Shown here one piece after another: positions 28,795-38,364 of a stretch of DNA of 64,000 nt. The translations under genes and the position numbers were made by a program. Every line of letters begins with the position of its first letter. Positions within the stretch are counted from its first letter, which is position 1. Below the pieces are notes generated by a model, which saw only the letters and a program-made list of their open reading frames with translations, was not told the DNA's origin and ran no database searches. Origin of the DNA: Pseudonocardiaceae bacterium (GTDB taxonomy: Bacteria > Actinomycetota > Actinomycetes > Mycobacteriales > Pseudonocardiaceae); assembly GCA_035551355.1 (NCBI GenBank), contig DASZNF010000053.1, positions 7,129 through 71,128 on the forward strand. The letters are read 5' to 3'.

Positions 28795-29958
28795 TCAGAA
28801 CGCCGTGAGGGTCAGCGTGCACTGGGTCGGCGCGTTGTCCTGCACGTAGGAGGCGAACCCGGCGACGTCGTCGAACGGGAAGCCGTAGGCCTTGCCGTCG
28901 ACCATCTGGTCGTGGATGGCCTTGGAGTAGTAGTTGGTCGGCGCGTTCTGGTAGAAGGTGCCCGCGTCGGTGCCCGGCTGAGTGGACTGGGTCAGCAGGG
29001 TGGACCGGTTGAATCCGGCGGCCAGGATGGCCGCGACCGGGCCGGTCACGCCGTCGTTGGGCGCGGCCAGCGCACCGTTGCAGTAGAAGATGTCCAGGGT
29101 CTTGGGCTTGCTGAACGGGGCCACCCCGCCGGAGAAGGTGAACTGATCGCCCGACACCTGGCCGGTGTAGGTCGCGGTGCCGGTGTTCACCGTCAGCGTG
29201 GACGAGGCGTACTGACTCCACACCTGGTCGACGTAGGAGTCGTAGTAGGTGGCCGCGAACACGCCGGTGTCGATGCCGTGGCCCGGCGCGATGATGCGCA
29301 GGTTGTTCGGCACGATCAGGCCGGAGAAGTCGGTCTGCGCGGCCACCGCCTGGAAGATCGCGTTCCGGCCGCCGTCCTTGAGCTGGCCCACCGTCTGGTT
29401 CTGCGCGCCGACCAGGTTGACCGCCAGCGGAATGGCGAACTGGTCGACCATGGTGCTGTTGCAGAACATGCCGCTGTCGTTGTGGGTGAACTCGAAGAAA
29501 TCGTGCAGCACGTTGTAACTCGGGTCGCCGGACACCCAGCCCGCCGGGTACTGCAGCGCGGCGTTGCCGTTGCCGTCGGTGACCACCTTGAACTTCAGCT
29601 TGTCGCCCATGGAGAAGTAGACCCGGCCGGACATGTTGGCCGGCAACGAGAAGTTCGTGTTGCCGGAACCGGCCAGCGGCACGGACAGGTCGGCGAAGCC
29701 GTCGGAACCGTTGAGCGACAACGACACCGGGGTCAGCGTGCCGTCCGGGGCCATGTAGGCCTGCTTGCCACTGCCCAGATCGGTGCCCACCACGTAGAAG
29801 TTGATCTGGCCGTTGGCGTAGCTGCCGCTGTTGTTGACGATGGTCATGGGCAAGGTGCCGGTCGCCGCGAACGCGCGGTCGCTCAGCGCCGCGGAAATCA
29901 GCGGCGCGGCGACCAGCGCCGCGGAGGCCCGTCCGAGAAACGATCGACGGTTGAGCAC
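28795..29958 (-). CDS. Secreted GH64-family beta-1,3-glucanase
   Basis: A Tat-like signal NRRSFLGRA is followed by LPMTIVNNSG...INFYVVG and the overall GH64-like pattern. The start is set at GTG 29958, 7 nt after GGAGG. Confidence 0.75.
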   Translation of the reverse strand: MLNRRSFLGRASAALVAAPLISAALSDRAFAATGTLPMTIVNNSGSYANGQINFYVVGTDLGSGKQAYMAPDGTLTPVSLSLNGSDGFADLSVPLAGSGNTNFSLPANMSGRVYFSMGDKLKFKVVTDGNGNAALQYPAGWVSGDPSYNVLHDFFEFTHNDSGMFCNSTMVDQFAIPLAVNLVGAQNQTVGQLKDGGRNAIFQAVAAQTDFSGLIVPNNLRIIAPGHGIDTGVFAATYYDSYVDQVWSQYASSTLTVNTGTATYTGQVSGDQFTFSGGVAPFSKPKTLDIFYCNGALAAPNDGVTGPVAAILAAGFNRSTLLTQSTQPGTDAGTFYQNAPTNYYSKAIHDQMVDGKAYGFPFDDVAGFASYVQDNAPTQCTLTLTAF

Positions 29959-29972
29959 TGCGAAACCTCCAG

Positions 29973-30001
29973 TTAAGACTGTCTTAATGGTCTGGACCTC
30001 T
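29973..30001. promoter_or_regulatory. Perfect 15-bp palindrome TTAAGACTGTCTTAA abutting a dre-like box AATGGTCTGGACCTCT
   Basis: Read directly. The palindrome starts 15 nt upstream of the GH64 start codon. The dre-like box matches 13 of 16 positions of the recalled consensus. Confidence 0.4.
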
Positions 30002-30122
30002 GGCCCGATACCCCTCCGACCATGGTCGTGTTCGCGCTCCCACGCAATCACTCATTTGGAGCAACGGACCAGTCGCGGGCGATGGGTTGCCTTACCCACT
30101 GCGGGTGTTCGAGGATCGGTGT

Positions 30123-31244
30123 ATGACTGGTCGCTCAACACCGCCGTTTCGCGCCGATCATGTGGGCAGCCTGCTGCGCCCGGCCCGGGTGCACGAGGCC
30201 CGCGAGAAGCTCGCTTCGGGCGCCATCACCACCGCTGACCTGCGTCAAGTCGAGGACGAGGCGATCCGGGAGGTGGTCGACATGCAGCGCGGCGCGGGTC
30301 TGCGCTCGGCCACCGACGGAGAGTTCCGTCGCGCCACCTGGCACATGGACTTCATCTACCAACTGCACGGGATTGGCAAAAGTGAAGAAAAACTTCACGT
30401 CACCTTTCACAACGCCGCCGGCGACGTGGACTGGGAGCCCGCCGCGTTGCGGGTGCACGACCGGATCGGTCTGGATGGGACCATCTTCGGCGAGGACTTC
30501 GCCTTCCTGAAGTCCATCGTGGAACCGGGGATCACTCCGAAGCAGACCATCCCCTCGCCCAGCATGGTCTATTACCGCGGCGGACGGAAGGCTGTGTCCG
30601 AAGAGGTCTATCCGGATCTGGAGGACTTCTACACCGACCTGGCCGCCGCGTACGCCAGGGAAATCGCGAACATGGCCGAGCTGGGCTGCACCTACCTGCA
30701 GATGGACGACACCAGCCTGGCCTACCTCAACGACCCGGAGCAGCGCGCGCTGGTGGCCAGCATGGGCGGCGACCCGGACAAGCAGCACGTGCGCAACATC
30801 CGCACCATGAACGCCGCGCTGGCCGACAAGCCCGAGGGCATGACCATCACCACCCACCTGTGCCGGGGCAACTTCCGGTCCTCCTGGGTGGCCTCGGGCG
30901 GCTACGACTTCGTGGCCGACGCGTTGTTCAACGATCTCAACGTGGACGGCTACTTCCTGGAGTTCGACGACGAGCGCTCCGGCGGGTTCGAGCCGCTTCG
31001 GTTCGTGCCCAAGGGAAAGTACGTGGTGCTCGGGTTGGTCACCACCAAGCGCGGCCAGCTGGAGAGCGTGGACGAGCTGCGCCGGCGCATCGACGCGGCC
31101 GCGAAGTTCGTTGACCTGGACCAGTTGTGCCTGTCCGGGCAGTGCGGCTTCTCCTCAACCGAGGAGGGCAACACGCTGACCCAGGACGAGCAGAAGGCCA
31201 AGCTGGAACGGATCGTGGAAACCGCCCAGCTGGTCTGGGGCTGA
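30123..31244 (+). CDS. Cobalamin-independent methionine synthase (MetE C-terminal domain)-like family protein
   Basis: The N-terminus PPFRADHVGSLLRP, the length of about 373 aa, and the HLCRGNF and CGFSS motifs fit the MetE-like/methionine synthase II family. Confidence 0.8.
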   Translation: MTGRSTPPFRADHVGSLLRPARVHEAREKLASGAITTADLRQVEDEAIREVVDMQRGAGLRSATDGEFRRATWHMDFIYQLHGIGKSEEKLHVTFHNAAGDVDWEPAALRVHDRIGLDGTIFGEDFAFLKSIVEPGITPKQTIPSPSMVYYRGGRKAVSEEVYPDLEDFYTDLAAAYAREIANMAELGCTYLQMDDTSLAYLNDPEQRALVASMGGDPDKQHVRNIRTMNAALADKPEGMTITTHLCRGNFRSSWVASGGYDFVADALFNDLNVDGYFLEFDDERSGGFEPLRFVPKGKYVVLGLVTTKRGQLESVDELRRRIDAAAKFVDLDQLCLSGQCGFSSTEEGNTLTQDEQKAKLERIVETAQLVWG

Positions 31245-31280
31245 CGCGACCGGCCGGTCCGGCGCGCAGCCGGACCGGCC

Positions 31281-31293
31281 GTCCACAATGGAC
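31281..31293. repeat. Copy of iterated 13-bp palindrome (GTCCACAATGGAC, exact), intergenic
   Basis: Read directly. It lies 29 nt upstream of the LMW-PTP start. Confidence 0.85.
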
Positions 31294-31321
31294 TATTCGA
31301 GCATCCCGTAGGCTGTCGGTC

Positions 31322-31780
31322 GTGCACATCAGCTTCGTCTGCAGCGGCAACATCTGCCGCTCCCCCACCGCCGCGATCGTGTTCGCCCACGCGCTGGACG
31401 AGGCCGGGCTGGCCGACCAGGTGCGGGTGACCAGCGCCGGCATCGGCCCGTGGCACGCCGGGGACCCGATCGACGAGCGCGCGGGCGAGATCCTGACCCG
31501 GCACGGCTACCCGATCGACCACGTGGCCGCCCAGGTCGGCCCCGACCACCTGACCGCGGATCTGTTCCTGGCCATGGACTCCGGCCACGAGAAGGCCCTG
31601 CGCCGCCTGGTCGACGACCCGGCGAGGGTACGCCTGCTCCGCTCCTTCGACCCGGCCGCCGGCCCCGATCTGGACGTGCCGGACCCCTACTACGGCGGCC
31701 CGGAAGGCTTCGACGACGTGCTGGCCATGATCGAGGCGGCCATGCCCGGCCTGGTGGACTGGGTTCGCGAGCACCGGTGA
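31322..31780 (+). CDS. ptpA: Low-molecular-weight protein-tyrosine phosphatase
   Basis: Contains the CX5R(S/T) P-loop VCSGNICRSP and a DP motif (DVPDPYYG). Length is about 152 aa. Confidence 0.9.
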   Translation: MHISFVCSGNICRSPTAAIVFAHALDEAGLADQVRVTSAGIGPWHAGDPIDERAGEILTRHGYPIDHVAAQVGPDHLTADLFLAMDSGHEKALRRLVDDPARVRLLRSFDPAAGPDLDVPDPYYGGPEGFDDVLAMIEAAMPGLVDWVREHR

Positions 31781-32625
31781 CCACCGCCGACACCATCGCC
31801 CGCCTCACCGGACACGCGGCCACCCAGACCAGCCAACTGGGCGGCGCCCTGACCGAGGCCCGCCTCGACACCGGCGAGGTGGTCATCCTCAAACGCGGCT
31901 CCGGCGTCAACGCCGCCGCCGCGGAAGCCGCCGGACTCCGCTGGCTGGCCGCCACAGACACCGTTGCCGTGCCCCGAGTCCACGGCGCGGACGCCGACTG
32001 GCTGGCGATCGACCGAGTGCCGACCGGCCCGCCGACCGCGGCCGCCGCCGAACAACTGGGCCGAGACCTGGCCGGACTCCACGCAGCCGGCGCACCCGCC
32101 TTCGGCTCCCCGCCACCGGACGGCCCGATCGACGCCTGGATCGGCCTGGCGCCGATGCGCAACGTGACCGGGGACCACTGGCCCGACTGGTACGCCGAGC
32201 ACCGCGTGCTGCCCTACGTCCGCCGAGCGGTCGACGATGCGACCCTGGACCGGCACGCCGCCGCGGTCTTCGACCGAGTGGCCGAACGGCTGCCGGAACT
32301 GGCCGGACCGGCCGAGCTACCGGCCCGCCTGCACGGGGATCTGTGGAGCGGCAACGTGTTGTGGGGCGCGGACGACCGGGCCTGGCTGATCGACCCGGCC
32401 GCCCACGGCGGCCATCGGGAGACCGATCTGGCCATGCTGCACCTGTTCGGCTGCCCCAACCTGGACCACGTGCTGGCCGGTTACCAGGAGGTCGCCCCAC
32501 TGGCCGCCGGCTGGGCCGACCGCATCGGCCTCCACCAGCTGTTTCCCCTGCTCGTGCACACCGTCCTGTTCGGTGGCGGCTATGCCGGCCAGGCCCTGTC
32601 CGCGGCCCGGGCCGCACTGCGCTGA
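31777..32625 (+). CDS. Fructosamine kinase family protein
   Basis: Contains HGDLWSGNVLW, IDPAAHGGHRETDLAML and LFPLLVH. It has a GTGA overlap with ptpA. Confidence 0.85.
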   Translation: MTTADTIARLTGHAATQTSQLGGALTEARLDTGEVVILKRGSGVNAAAAEAAGLRWLAATDTVAVPRVHGADADWLAIDRVPTGPPTAAAAEQLGRDLAGLHAAGAPAFGSPPPDGPIDAWIGLAPMRNVTGDHWPDWYAEHRVLPYVRRAVDDATLDRHAAAVFDRVAERLPELAGPAELPARLHGDLWSGNVLWGADDRAWLIDPAAHGGHRETDLAMLHLFGCPNLDHVLAGYQEVAPLAAGWADRIGLHQLFPLLVHTVLFGGGYAGQALSAARAALR

Positions 32626-32631
32626 GCCACC

Positions 32632-32644
32632 ATCCACAATGGAC
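32632..32644. repeat. Copy of iterated 13-bp palindrome (ATCCACAATGGAC, 1 outer mismatch), intergenic
   Basis: Read directly. It overlaps a second small inverted repeat CACAAT-N6-ATTGTG. Confidence 0.75.
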
Positions 32645-32679
32645 AAATTGTGACCGACCGTGTCGGCATCGATCCAGTG

Positions 32680-32708
32680 TTGACACCGTAGTGGTCTAGT
32701 CCAATTCT
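32680..32708 (+). promoter_or_regulatory. Candidate promoter (TTGACA -35) with overlapping DasR/dre-like box AGTGGTCTAGTCCAAT
   Basis: TTGACA lies at 32680-32685. The dre-like 16-mer lies at 32690-32705 and matches 14 of 16 positions of the recalled consensus. A weak -10 candidate AATTCT sits 17 nt after the -35. The site is 70 nt upstream of the chitinase ATG. Confidence 0.5.
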
Positions 32709-32774
32709 GAGCACAGCGTCGCGGCGATTTCCTCCCCCTGCACCTCTCGCTTTCGTTGTCCGACAGGAGTTCGC

Positions 32775-34526
32775 ATGCGTCTGCCCAGACCCGCCGCCGC
32801 GGTCACCGCAGCGTTAGTCGCCACGGTCACCGCGGCCGGATTCACCCTCGCCCTCGCGACCACGGCCAATGCCGCGACCGCCCTGCCCACCCACGTGTAC
32901 GCGCCGTACTTCGAAACCTGGAACGGCGACAGCCTGTCCGGTCTGGCCGGCCAGTCCGGCGCCAAATACCTGACCCTGGCCTTCCTGCAGACCGCCAGCG
33001 CGGGCTCCTGCACCGTCGACTGGGACGGCAGCACCAGCACTCCGGTGTCGTCCTCGGTCTACGGCAGCGACATCAACACGTTGCGGGCCAACGGTGGCGA
33101 CGTCATCCCGTCCTTCGGCGGCTACTCGGCCGACCACGGCGGCACCGAGATCGCGGACAGCTGCACCGATGTCAACCAGATCGCCGCGGCCTACGAGAAC
33201 GTGGTCACCACCTACGGCGTGACCAGGCTGGACCTGGACACCGAGGACAACTCCCTGACCAACTCCGCGGGCATCGACCGGCGCAACAAGGCCATCAAGA
33301 TTGTCGAGGACTGGGCCGCGAGCACCGGCCGCACCGTGCAGTTCGCCTACACCCTGCCCGCCACCCCGACCGGCCTGAGTTCGGCGGGCGTGGCCGTGCT
33401 GCAGAACGCGGTCGGCAACGGCGCGCGGGTCGACGTGGTCAACGCGATGACCTTCGACTACTACATCGGCACCACCCAGGAAATGGCCACCGACACCGAG
33501 TCCTCGGCCAACGGCATCTACAGCCAGCTGGCCGGCCTGTACCCGAGCAAGACGTCGACCCAGCTGTGGAACATGATCGGCGTGACCGAGATGCCCGGCA
33601 TCGACGACTACGGCAGCGCCGAAACCTTCACCACCGCGGATGCCACCACGATCGAGAACTGGGCCGTCGGCAAGGGTCTGGGTGAGCTGTCCATCTGGGC
33701 GCTGCAACGCGACAACGGCGGCTGTCCCGGGACCGCGGGCGCGGGCACCTGCTCCGGGATCTCCCAGAACGCCTGGTACTTCGACAACACCTTCGAACCG
33801 TTCACCAGCGGCGGTGGCACCACCACCAACGACTTCTCGGTCTCGGTGTCGCCGTCGACCGCGTCGGTCACCGCAGGCGGCTCGACCACCGCGACGGTCG
33901 GCACCGCGGTCACCAGCGGCAGCGCCCAGACCGTCAGTCTGTCCGCCACCGGCGCCCCCTCCGGCGTCACCGTCTCTCTGTCCCCCACCTCGGTGACCGC
34001 AGGTGGCACCTCCACCCTGAGCGTCGCCACCTCCGCGTCGGCCGCCGCCGGCAGCTACCCGATCACCATCACCGGCTCGGCCGGATCCGGTAGCCACAGC
34101 ACCACGTTCACCCTCACGGTGGGCGGCGGCGGCACCGGAGGCGGCGGTAGCCTGACCAACGGCGGCTTCGAATCCGGCAGCCTCAGCCCGTGGACCTGCC
34201 AGTCCGGCAGCGCCGTGGTCTCCAGCCCGGTCCACTCCGGCAGTCATTCCCTCCAGGTCGCCCCCACCTCGTCCCAAACCGGCGAGTGCGACCAGACGAT
34301 CACGTTGTCCGCCAACAGTTCCCATACCCTCACCGCGTGGGTCCAGGGCAACTACGCGTTCGTCGGGGTCACCGGCGCAGCCACCGCAAGCACCTGGGTG
34401 TCCGCCTCCGGCTGGACCCAGCTGACCGTCCCCTTCACCACCGGCTCCTCCGGCTCGGTCACCGTCTACGTCCATGGCTGGTACGCCCAGGGCAACGTCT
34501 ACGCCGACGACATCTCCGTCAGCTGA
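32775..34526 (+). CDS. Secreted GH18-like chitinase with Ig-like linker domain and C-terminal CBM4/9-like carbohydrate-binding module
   Basis: A signal peptide is followed by the DxDxE-type motif LDLDTED, a Ser/Thr-rich Ig-like segment and a C-terminal GGFESG...WYAQGNVYADDISV module. AGGAG sits before the ATG. Confidence 0.8.
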   Translation: MRLPRPAAAVTAALVATVTAAGFTLALATTANAATALPTHVYAPYFETWNGDSLSGLAGQSGAKYLTLAFLQTASAGSCTVDWDGSTSTPVSSSVYGSDINTLRANGGDVIPSFGGYSADHGGTEIADSCTDVNQIAAAYENVVTTYGVTRLDLDTEDNSLTNSAGIDRRNKAIKIVEDWAASTGRTVQFAYTLPATPTGLSSAGVAVLQNAVGNGARVDVVNAMTFDYYIGTTQEMATDTESSANGIYSQLAGLYPSKTSTQLWNMIGVTEMPGIDDYGSAETFTTADATTIENWAVGKGLGELSIWALQRDNGGCPGTAGAGTCSGISQNAWYFDNTFEPFTSGGGTTTNDFSVSVSPSTASVTAGGSTTATVGTAVTSGSAQTVSLSATGAPSGVTVSLSPTSVTAGGTSTLSVATSASAAAGSYPITITGSAGSGSHSTTFTLTVGGGGTGGGGSLTNGGFESGSLSPWTCQSGSAVVSSPVHSGSHSLQVAPTSSQTGECDQTITLSANSSHTLTAWVQGNYAFVGVTGAATASTWVSASGWTQLTVPFTTGSSGSVTVYVHGWYAQGNVYADDISVS

Positions 34527-34541
34527 CGCGGCAATCCTGAC

Positions 34542-34576
34542 GCGGGTGGGGCGACGGGAAACCGCGCCCCACCCGC
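34542..34576. terminator. GC-rich hairpin (12-bp perfect stem GCGGGTGGGGCG/CGCCCCACCCGC, 11-nt loop) between convergent genes
   Basis: Read directly. There is no clear U-tract, as is common in actinomycetes. Confidence 0.55.
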
Positions 34577-34675
34577 ACTCGTGGTGCGCGGAGACCGCAA
34601 CCGCGAAGCACAACGCGCCAGCGGCCCGGCAAACAGGCAGCCCAGCTCACCTGACGACCCAGCGCACCCAGCAGC

Positions 34676-35347
34676 TCACCGACGAGACCGAGAACCACCC
34701 CCCGAACTGGCGGCAACCGCCCCACCGCCAACGACCAGCAGCACGGCGGTGACCGACCACCGCCGCTCCGAAGTCACCTGCGGACTGGCCTGGCTGGCCA
34801 GCTCCGCCCCCTGCTGCTCCTCCTTCTTCTTCGGCGCGGCCGCCCCCCACTGCACCGGCGGCGCCGGAGCCGGCTTGACCGGTGGCGGAGGAGGTGGCGG
34901 CGCCTGCGTACTGGGCGGCGTAGTGGTCGGCTGCATCGTCGTCGGCTGGGTCGTCGGTGGCTGAACCGGCAACGGAACGACCGCCGGAGACGTGGTGGCC
35001 GGCGGAATCGTGGTCGGCGGCGGCGGAGTCGTCGTAGTGGGCGGTGGCGGAGGCAGCGTCGTAGTCGGGGGCGGCGGTGGCGGCGTGGTCGTCGGCGGCG
35101 GCGCAGTCGTGGTCGTCGTCGGTGGCGGGCACAGCGCAGGCCATGGCCCGTACATCGGGCGCTGGCAGATCATCGGCGCCGGTCTACGGTCGGTATCACC
35201 GGCGTCGGCATTCGGGTGAGCAAAGACAACCGGAATCAGCGAAAGGCCAATGGCGCACCCGACACTTCCGAGGACACGCAACACACGATCGGGCGACAAA
35301 TGTGTTCGCTCCCGTTCTTTGTGCACTATGCTCCGCGGTTTTTTCAC
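34676..35347 (-). CDS. Pro/Thr-rich secreted or wall-associated protein with C-terminal hydrophobic anchor
   Basis: An N-terminal hydrophobic segment is followed by long (P,T)n low-complexity tracts and a C-terminal TM plus basic tail (AVLLVVGGGAVAA...SRSRR). The start is uncertain. Confidence 0.55.
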   Translation of the reverse strand: MKKPRSIVHKERERTHLSPDRVLRVLGSVGCAIGLSLIPVVFAHPNADAGDTDRRPAPMICQRPMYGPWPALCPPPTTTTTAPPPTTTPPPPPPTTTLPPPPPTTTTPPPPTTIPPATTSPAVVPLPVQPPTTQPTTMQPTTTPPSTQAPPPPPPPVKPAPAPPVQWGAAAPKKKEEQQGAELASQASPQVTSERRWSVTAVLLVVGGGAVAASSGGGSRSRR

Positions 35348-35432
35348 GTGCCCTCAAATCTGAGTTCATCGGTTTGGCGGATATGAGCCCAACACTAACC
35401 CGTGCTCTAATCGATGACCAGAAGGGAGCCGG

Positions 35433-36191
35433 ATGAATGTTTATCTGAACGGCCTGATTTGGGTGGCCGGCGCGGTGGTCGTCACCGCGGTGCTGATGGT
35501 CGTGATTCGACGATTCGTGCCGGAAGAACACCGGCATGCCAGCGACGAGGCGTCCAACCGGGTGTTCACGGTGGTCGCCGGCCTGCAGGCGGTGCTCATG
35601 GCATTCGTCCTGATCTCCGTGTTCGACGCGGCCGACTCCGCCCGCCAGGGCGCTACCCAGGAGGCCGATGACCTGGTCGCGGTGTACTGGGACGCCGACC
35701 TGATGCCGCAGGCGGCCCGCGAGCAGATCCAGAAGCTGTCCCTGTCCTACGCCAGCACGGTGGCCGACTCGGAGTGGCCGGCGATGAGCCGTGGCCGCCC
35801 GGTGCCGGAGACCGGAAAAGAGGACCTCGACCGAATACACGACGCCATTTCCGGTATAAAACCGGCGGACTTTTCCGAGGAGGACCGGCAAACCCAGATA
35901 AACACAGATCTGTCCAACGTCTATCAGGCCCGGCAAACGCGCCTGGATGCCGCCTCGACCTCGGTGAATCCCATTGTCTGGGTGGCTCTCATTGTCGGCG
36001 GCGCATTGTCCGTCGCGCTCACCTGCCTGTTCGGCGGGGAGAAAATCCGCACCCATGTCATCGTCGCCGGAATTCTGGCCGGCACAGTGACAGTCCTGTT
36101 GTTCGCCACCTATCAACTCCAGAACCCGTTCGGCGGCGCGGTGCACGTCGGCCCGGACGCCTTCGACGCCGCCATGACCCAGTTCAGCTGA
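35433..36191 (+). CDS. DUF4239-like membrane protein
   Basis: GAAGGGAG sits before the ATG. The TM pattern and FVLISVFD and YWDADL-type regions resemble DUF4239/bestrophin-like proteins. This call is from memory. Confidence 0.65.
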   Translation: MNVYLNGLIWVAGAVVVTAVLMVVIRRFVPEEHRHASDEASNRVFTVVAGLQAVLMAFVLISVFDAADSARQGATQEADDLVAVYWDADLMPQAAREQIQKLSLSYASTVADSEWPAMSRGRPVPETGKEDLDRIHDAISGIKPADFSEEDRQTQINTDLSNVYQARQTRLDAASTSVNPIVWVALIVGGALSVALTCLFGGEKIRTHVIVAGILAGTVTVLLFATYQLQNPFGGAVHVGPDAFDAAMTQFS

Positions 36192-36273
36192 CCGCGCCCG
36201 CGCTGGGGGACACCGGTCGCTCACCGTCACCGGGGTGGTGGGCGGCCGGCCGGCGTCGGGCCCGGCTTGGCGC

Positions 36274-37038
36274 TCAGCCTTCCTCGGCGTCCAATGTCAC
36301 CGCGTAGGTGAACCGGTCTCCCCGGTAGTAGATGCGCGCCGCGTCCACCCCGCGGCCGTCCGCGTCGTAGGTCAGGCAGGTGCACAACAGAATCGGCGAC
36401 AACAGCCCGATGTCCAGTAGGCCGACCAGTTCCGGCGTGGCCAGCTGAGCCCGCACCCGGTTCTCCACCCGGCCGATGCGCACCTCGGCCTGGTCCCGCA
36501 GGGCCTTGGTCATCGGGGCGGTGCGCAGGTGGCCGGTGACGATCCGGGCGGCGTGTTCGGGGCGCAGCCAGTTGTCGGCGCAGCTGACCGGCTCGCCCCG
36601 CTCCCGGCGCAGCCGGCGGAAGAACACCAGGCTCGACGTGTCCGGGAAGTGCGCGGCCAGCCGCTCGGGTACCGGAACTTCCTGGCGCACCAGCACATCC
36701 ACGTCTTCGGCGGCCTGCTGGGCGACCACCGCGTCCACCGAGCCGCGCAGGGTCAGCGGCGGCGCGGTCGCGGCCGGGGTGCGCACGAACGTGCCGTGCC
36801 GGCGCCGCCGTTCGATGATTCCTTCGTGCTCCAACGTTTTCAGCGCCTGCCGCAGGGTCACCACGCTGACCCCGTAGTGCGCAGCCAGCTCCTCCTCGAC
36901 CGGCAGCCGGCGCGGATCCTCCGGGCCGCGCCGGAGGATCTCGCCGCGCAGGTGCTCGGCGATCTGGTACCACAGCGGCAGTTTCCGGTTCAGCGCAAGC
37001 GATCCGGGCACCAGCAGCGGCACCTCGGCCGCACTCAT
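36274..37038 (-). CDS. GntR-family transcriptional regulator (HutC/UTRA subfamily)
   Basis: The wHTH region [31 protein letters not shown] is followed by a UTRA-like C-terminal domain. It has an ATGA overlap with the hmgA stop. Confidence 0.85.
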   Translation of the reverse strand: MSAAEVPLLVPGSLALNRKLPLWYQIAEHLRGEILRRGPEDPRRLPVEEELAAHYGVSVVTLRQALKTLEHEGIIERRRRHGTFVRTPAATAPPLTLRGSVDAVVAQQAAEDVDVLVRQEVPVPERLAAHFPDTSSLVFFRRLRRERGEPVSCADNWLRPEHAARIVTGHLRTAPMTKALRDQAEVRIGRVENRVRAQLATPELVGLLDIGLLSPILLCTCLTYDADGRGVDAARIYYRGDRFTYAVTLDAEEG

Positions 37039-38345
37039 CCGGTGAACTGCCTGCCGATGCCGCGCCACACCGCGTCGTAGTCGGCCTGCCTGTGCCGCGC
37101 GGTGCGGGCGAATTCGGTGCTCACCACCGGCCACCGGGTCTCGAACATGAAGGCCAGCGTGTCGGTGATCTTCTGCGGGACCAGTTCCGCGTCACTGGCC
37201 CTCTCGAAGGTTTCCGCGTCCGGGCCGTGCGCGGACCACATGTTGTGCAGGCTCGCCCCGCCGGGCACGAAGCCCTCGGCCTTGGCGTCGTAGACACCGT
37301 GCACCAGGCCCATGAACTCGCTCATCACGTTGCGGTGGTACCAGGGCGGCCGGAAGGTGTTCTCGCCGACCAGCCAGCGCGGCGCGAAGATCACGAAGTC
37401 GGCGTTGGCCTGTCCGGGGGTATCGGTGGGCGAGGTGAGCACGGTGTAGATGGACGGGTCGGGGTGGTCGTAGCTGACCGTGCCCAGCACGTTGAACCGG
37501 GCGGTGTCGTACTTGTAGGGCGCGTGATTCCCGTGCCAGGCGACGACATCCAGCGGCGAGTGGTCGTAGTCGGCGGCCCACAGCGCGCCGCCGTACTTCT
37601 GCACCACCTGCACGGTTTCTTCGCGGTCCTCGTAGGCGGCCACCGGGTAGCGGAAATCGCGGGCGTTGGCCAGCCCGTTGGCGCCGATCGGCCCGAGTTC
37701 GGGCAGCGTGAACGCCTGGCCGTAGTTCTCGCACACGTAGCCGCGCGCCTGCTCGCCGGTCAGCTCCACCCGGAATCGCACGCCCCGGGCCACTACGGCG
37801 ATCTCCCCCGGGTCCACCCGCAGCCGGCCGTACTCGGTGTGCAGGATCAGGCCGCCGAGTTCGGGCACCAGCAGCAGTTCCCCGTCGGCGTCGACGAAGT
37901 AGCGGTCGGTCATGGACCGGTTGGCCGCGTACCAGTGGATGCCGATTCCCTGGCGCTGCAACACGTTCCCGTTCGCTCCGACGGTGTAGAGGCCGTCGAC
38001 GAAGTCGGTCGGCGCGTCCGGCAGGGGCAGCGGGTCCCAGCGCAGCCGGTTCGGATCGGCGATGCCCTCGGTGATCGGCGCGCTGCGCAGGTTGCCCGCG
38101 CCGATCCGCCGGAACGGCGGGTGCGCGGCGGACGGGCGGATGCGGTAGACCCAGCTGCGCCGGTTGTGCGCCCTCGGCTCGGTGAACGCGGTGGCGCTGT
38201 GCTGTTCGGCGTACAGGCCCAGCGGCGCGCGCTGCGGCGAGTTGCGGCCGACCGGCAGCGCGCCGGGCACCGCCTCGCTGTGGTGTTCGTTGCCGAAACC
38301 GGCCGAGTGCTCGAACCCGTTCGACAGTGGCGCTGTCGCGGTCAT
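37035..38345 (-). CDS. hmgA: Homogentisate 1,2-dioxygenase
   Basis: [23 protein letters not shown] and the rest of the sequence are typical of HmgA. GGGGAGG sits before the ATG at 38345. Confidence 0.95.
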   Translation of the reverse strand: MTATAPLSNGFEHSAGFGNEHHSEAVPGALPVGRNSPQRAPLGLYAEQHSATAFTEPRAHNRRSWVYRIRPSAAHPPFRRIGAGNLRSAPITEGIADPNRLRWDPLPLPDAPTDFVDGLYTVGANGNVLQRQGIGIHWYAANRSMTDRYFVDADGELLLVPELGGLILHTEYGRLRVDPGEIAVVARGVRFRVELTGEQARGYVCENYGQAFTLPELGPIGANGLANARDFRYPVAAYEDREETVQVVQKYGGALWAADYDHSPLDVVAWHGNHAPYKYDTARFNVLGTVSYDHPDPSIYTVLTSPTDTPGQANADFVIFAPRWLVGENTFRPPWYHRNVMSEFMGLVHGVYDAKAEGFVPGGASLHNMWSAHGPDAETFERASDAELVPQKITDTLAFMFETRWPVVSTEFARTARHRQADYDAVWRGIGRQFTG

Positions 38346-38364
38346 GCCTGCGCACCTCCCCAAT

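Noticed and set aside
29959-30122. A riboswitch (cobalamin or SAM) ahead of the MetE-like gene.
   Set aside because: The whole divergent spacer is only 164 nt and also has to hold the GH64 promoter. I see no B12-box or SAM-I-like conserved segments. A covariance-model scan would be needed to be certain.
31281-31293. Reading the iterated palindrome as DnaA boxes, since GTCCACA is the core of the actinobacterial TTGTCCACA box.
   Set aside because: The flanking TT is missing in every copy. The copies are full 13-bp palindromes dispersed over 44 kb, mostly inside genes, and are not clustered as at an oriC. No dnaA or dnaN context is present.
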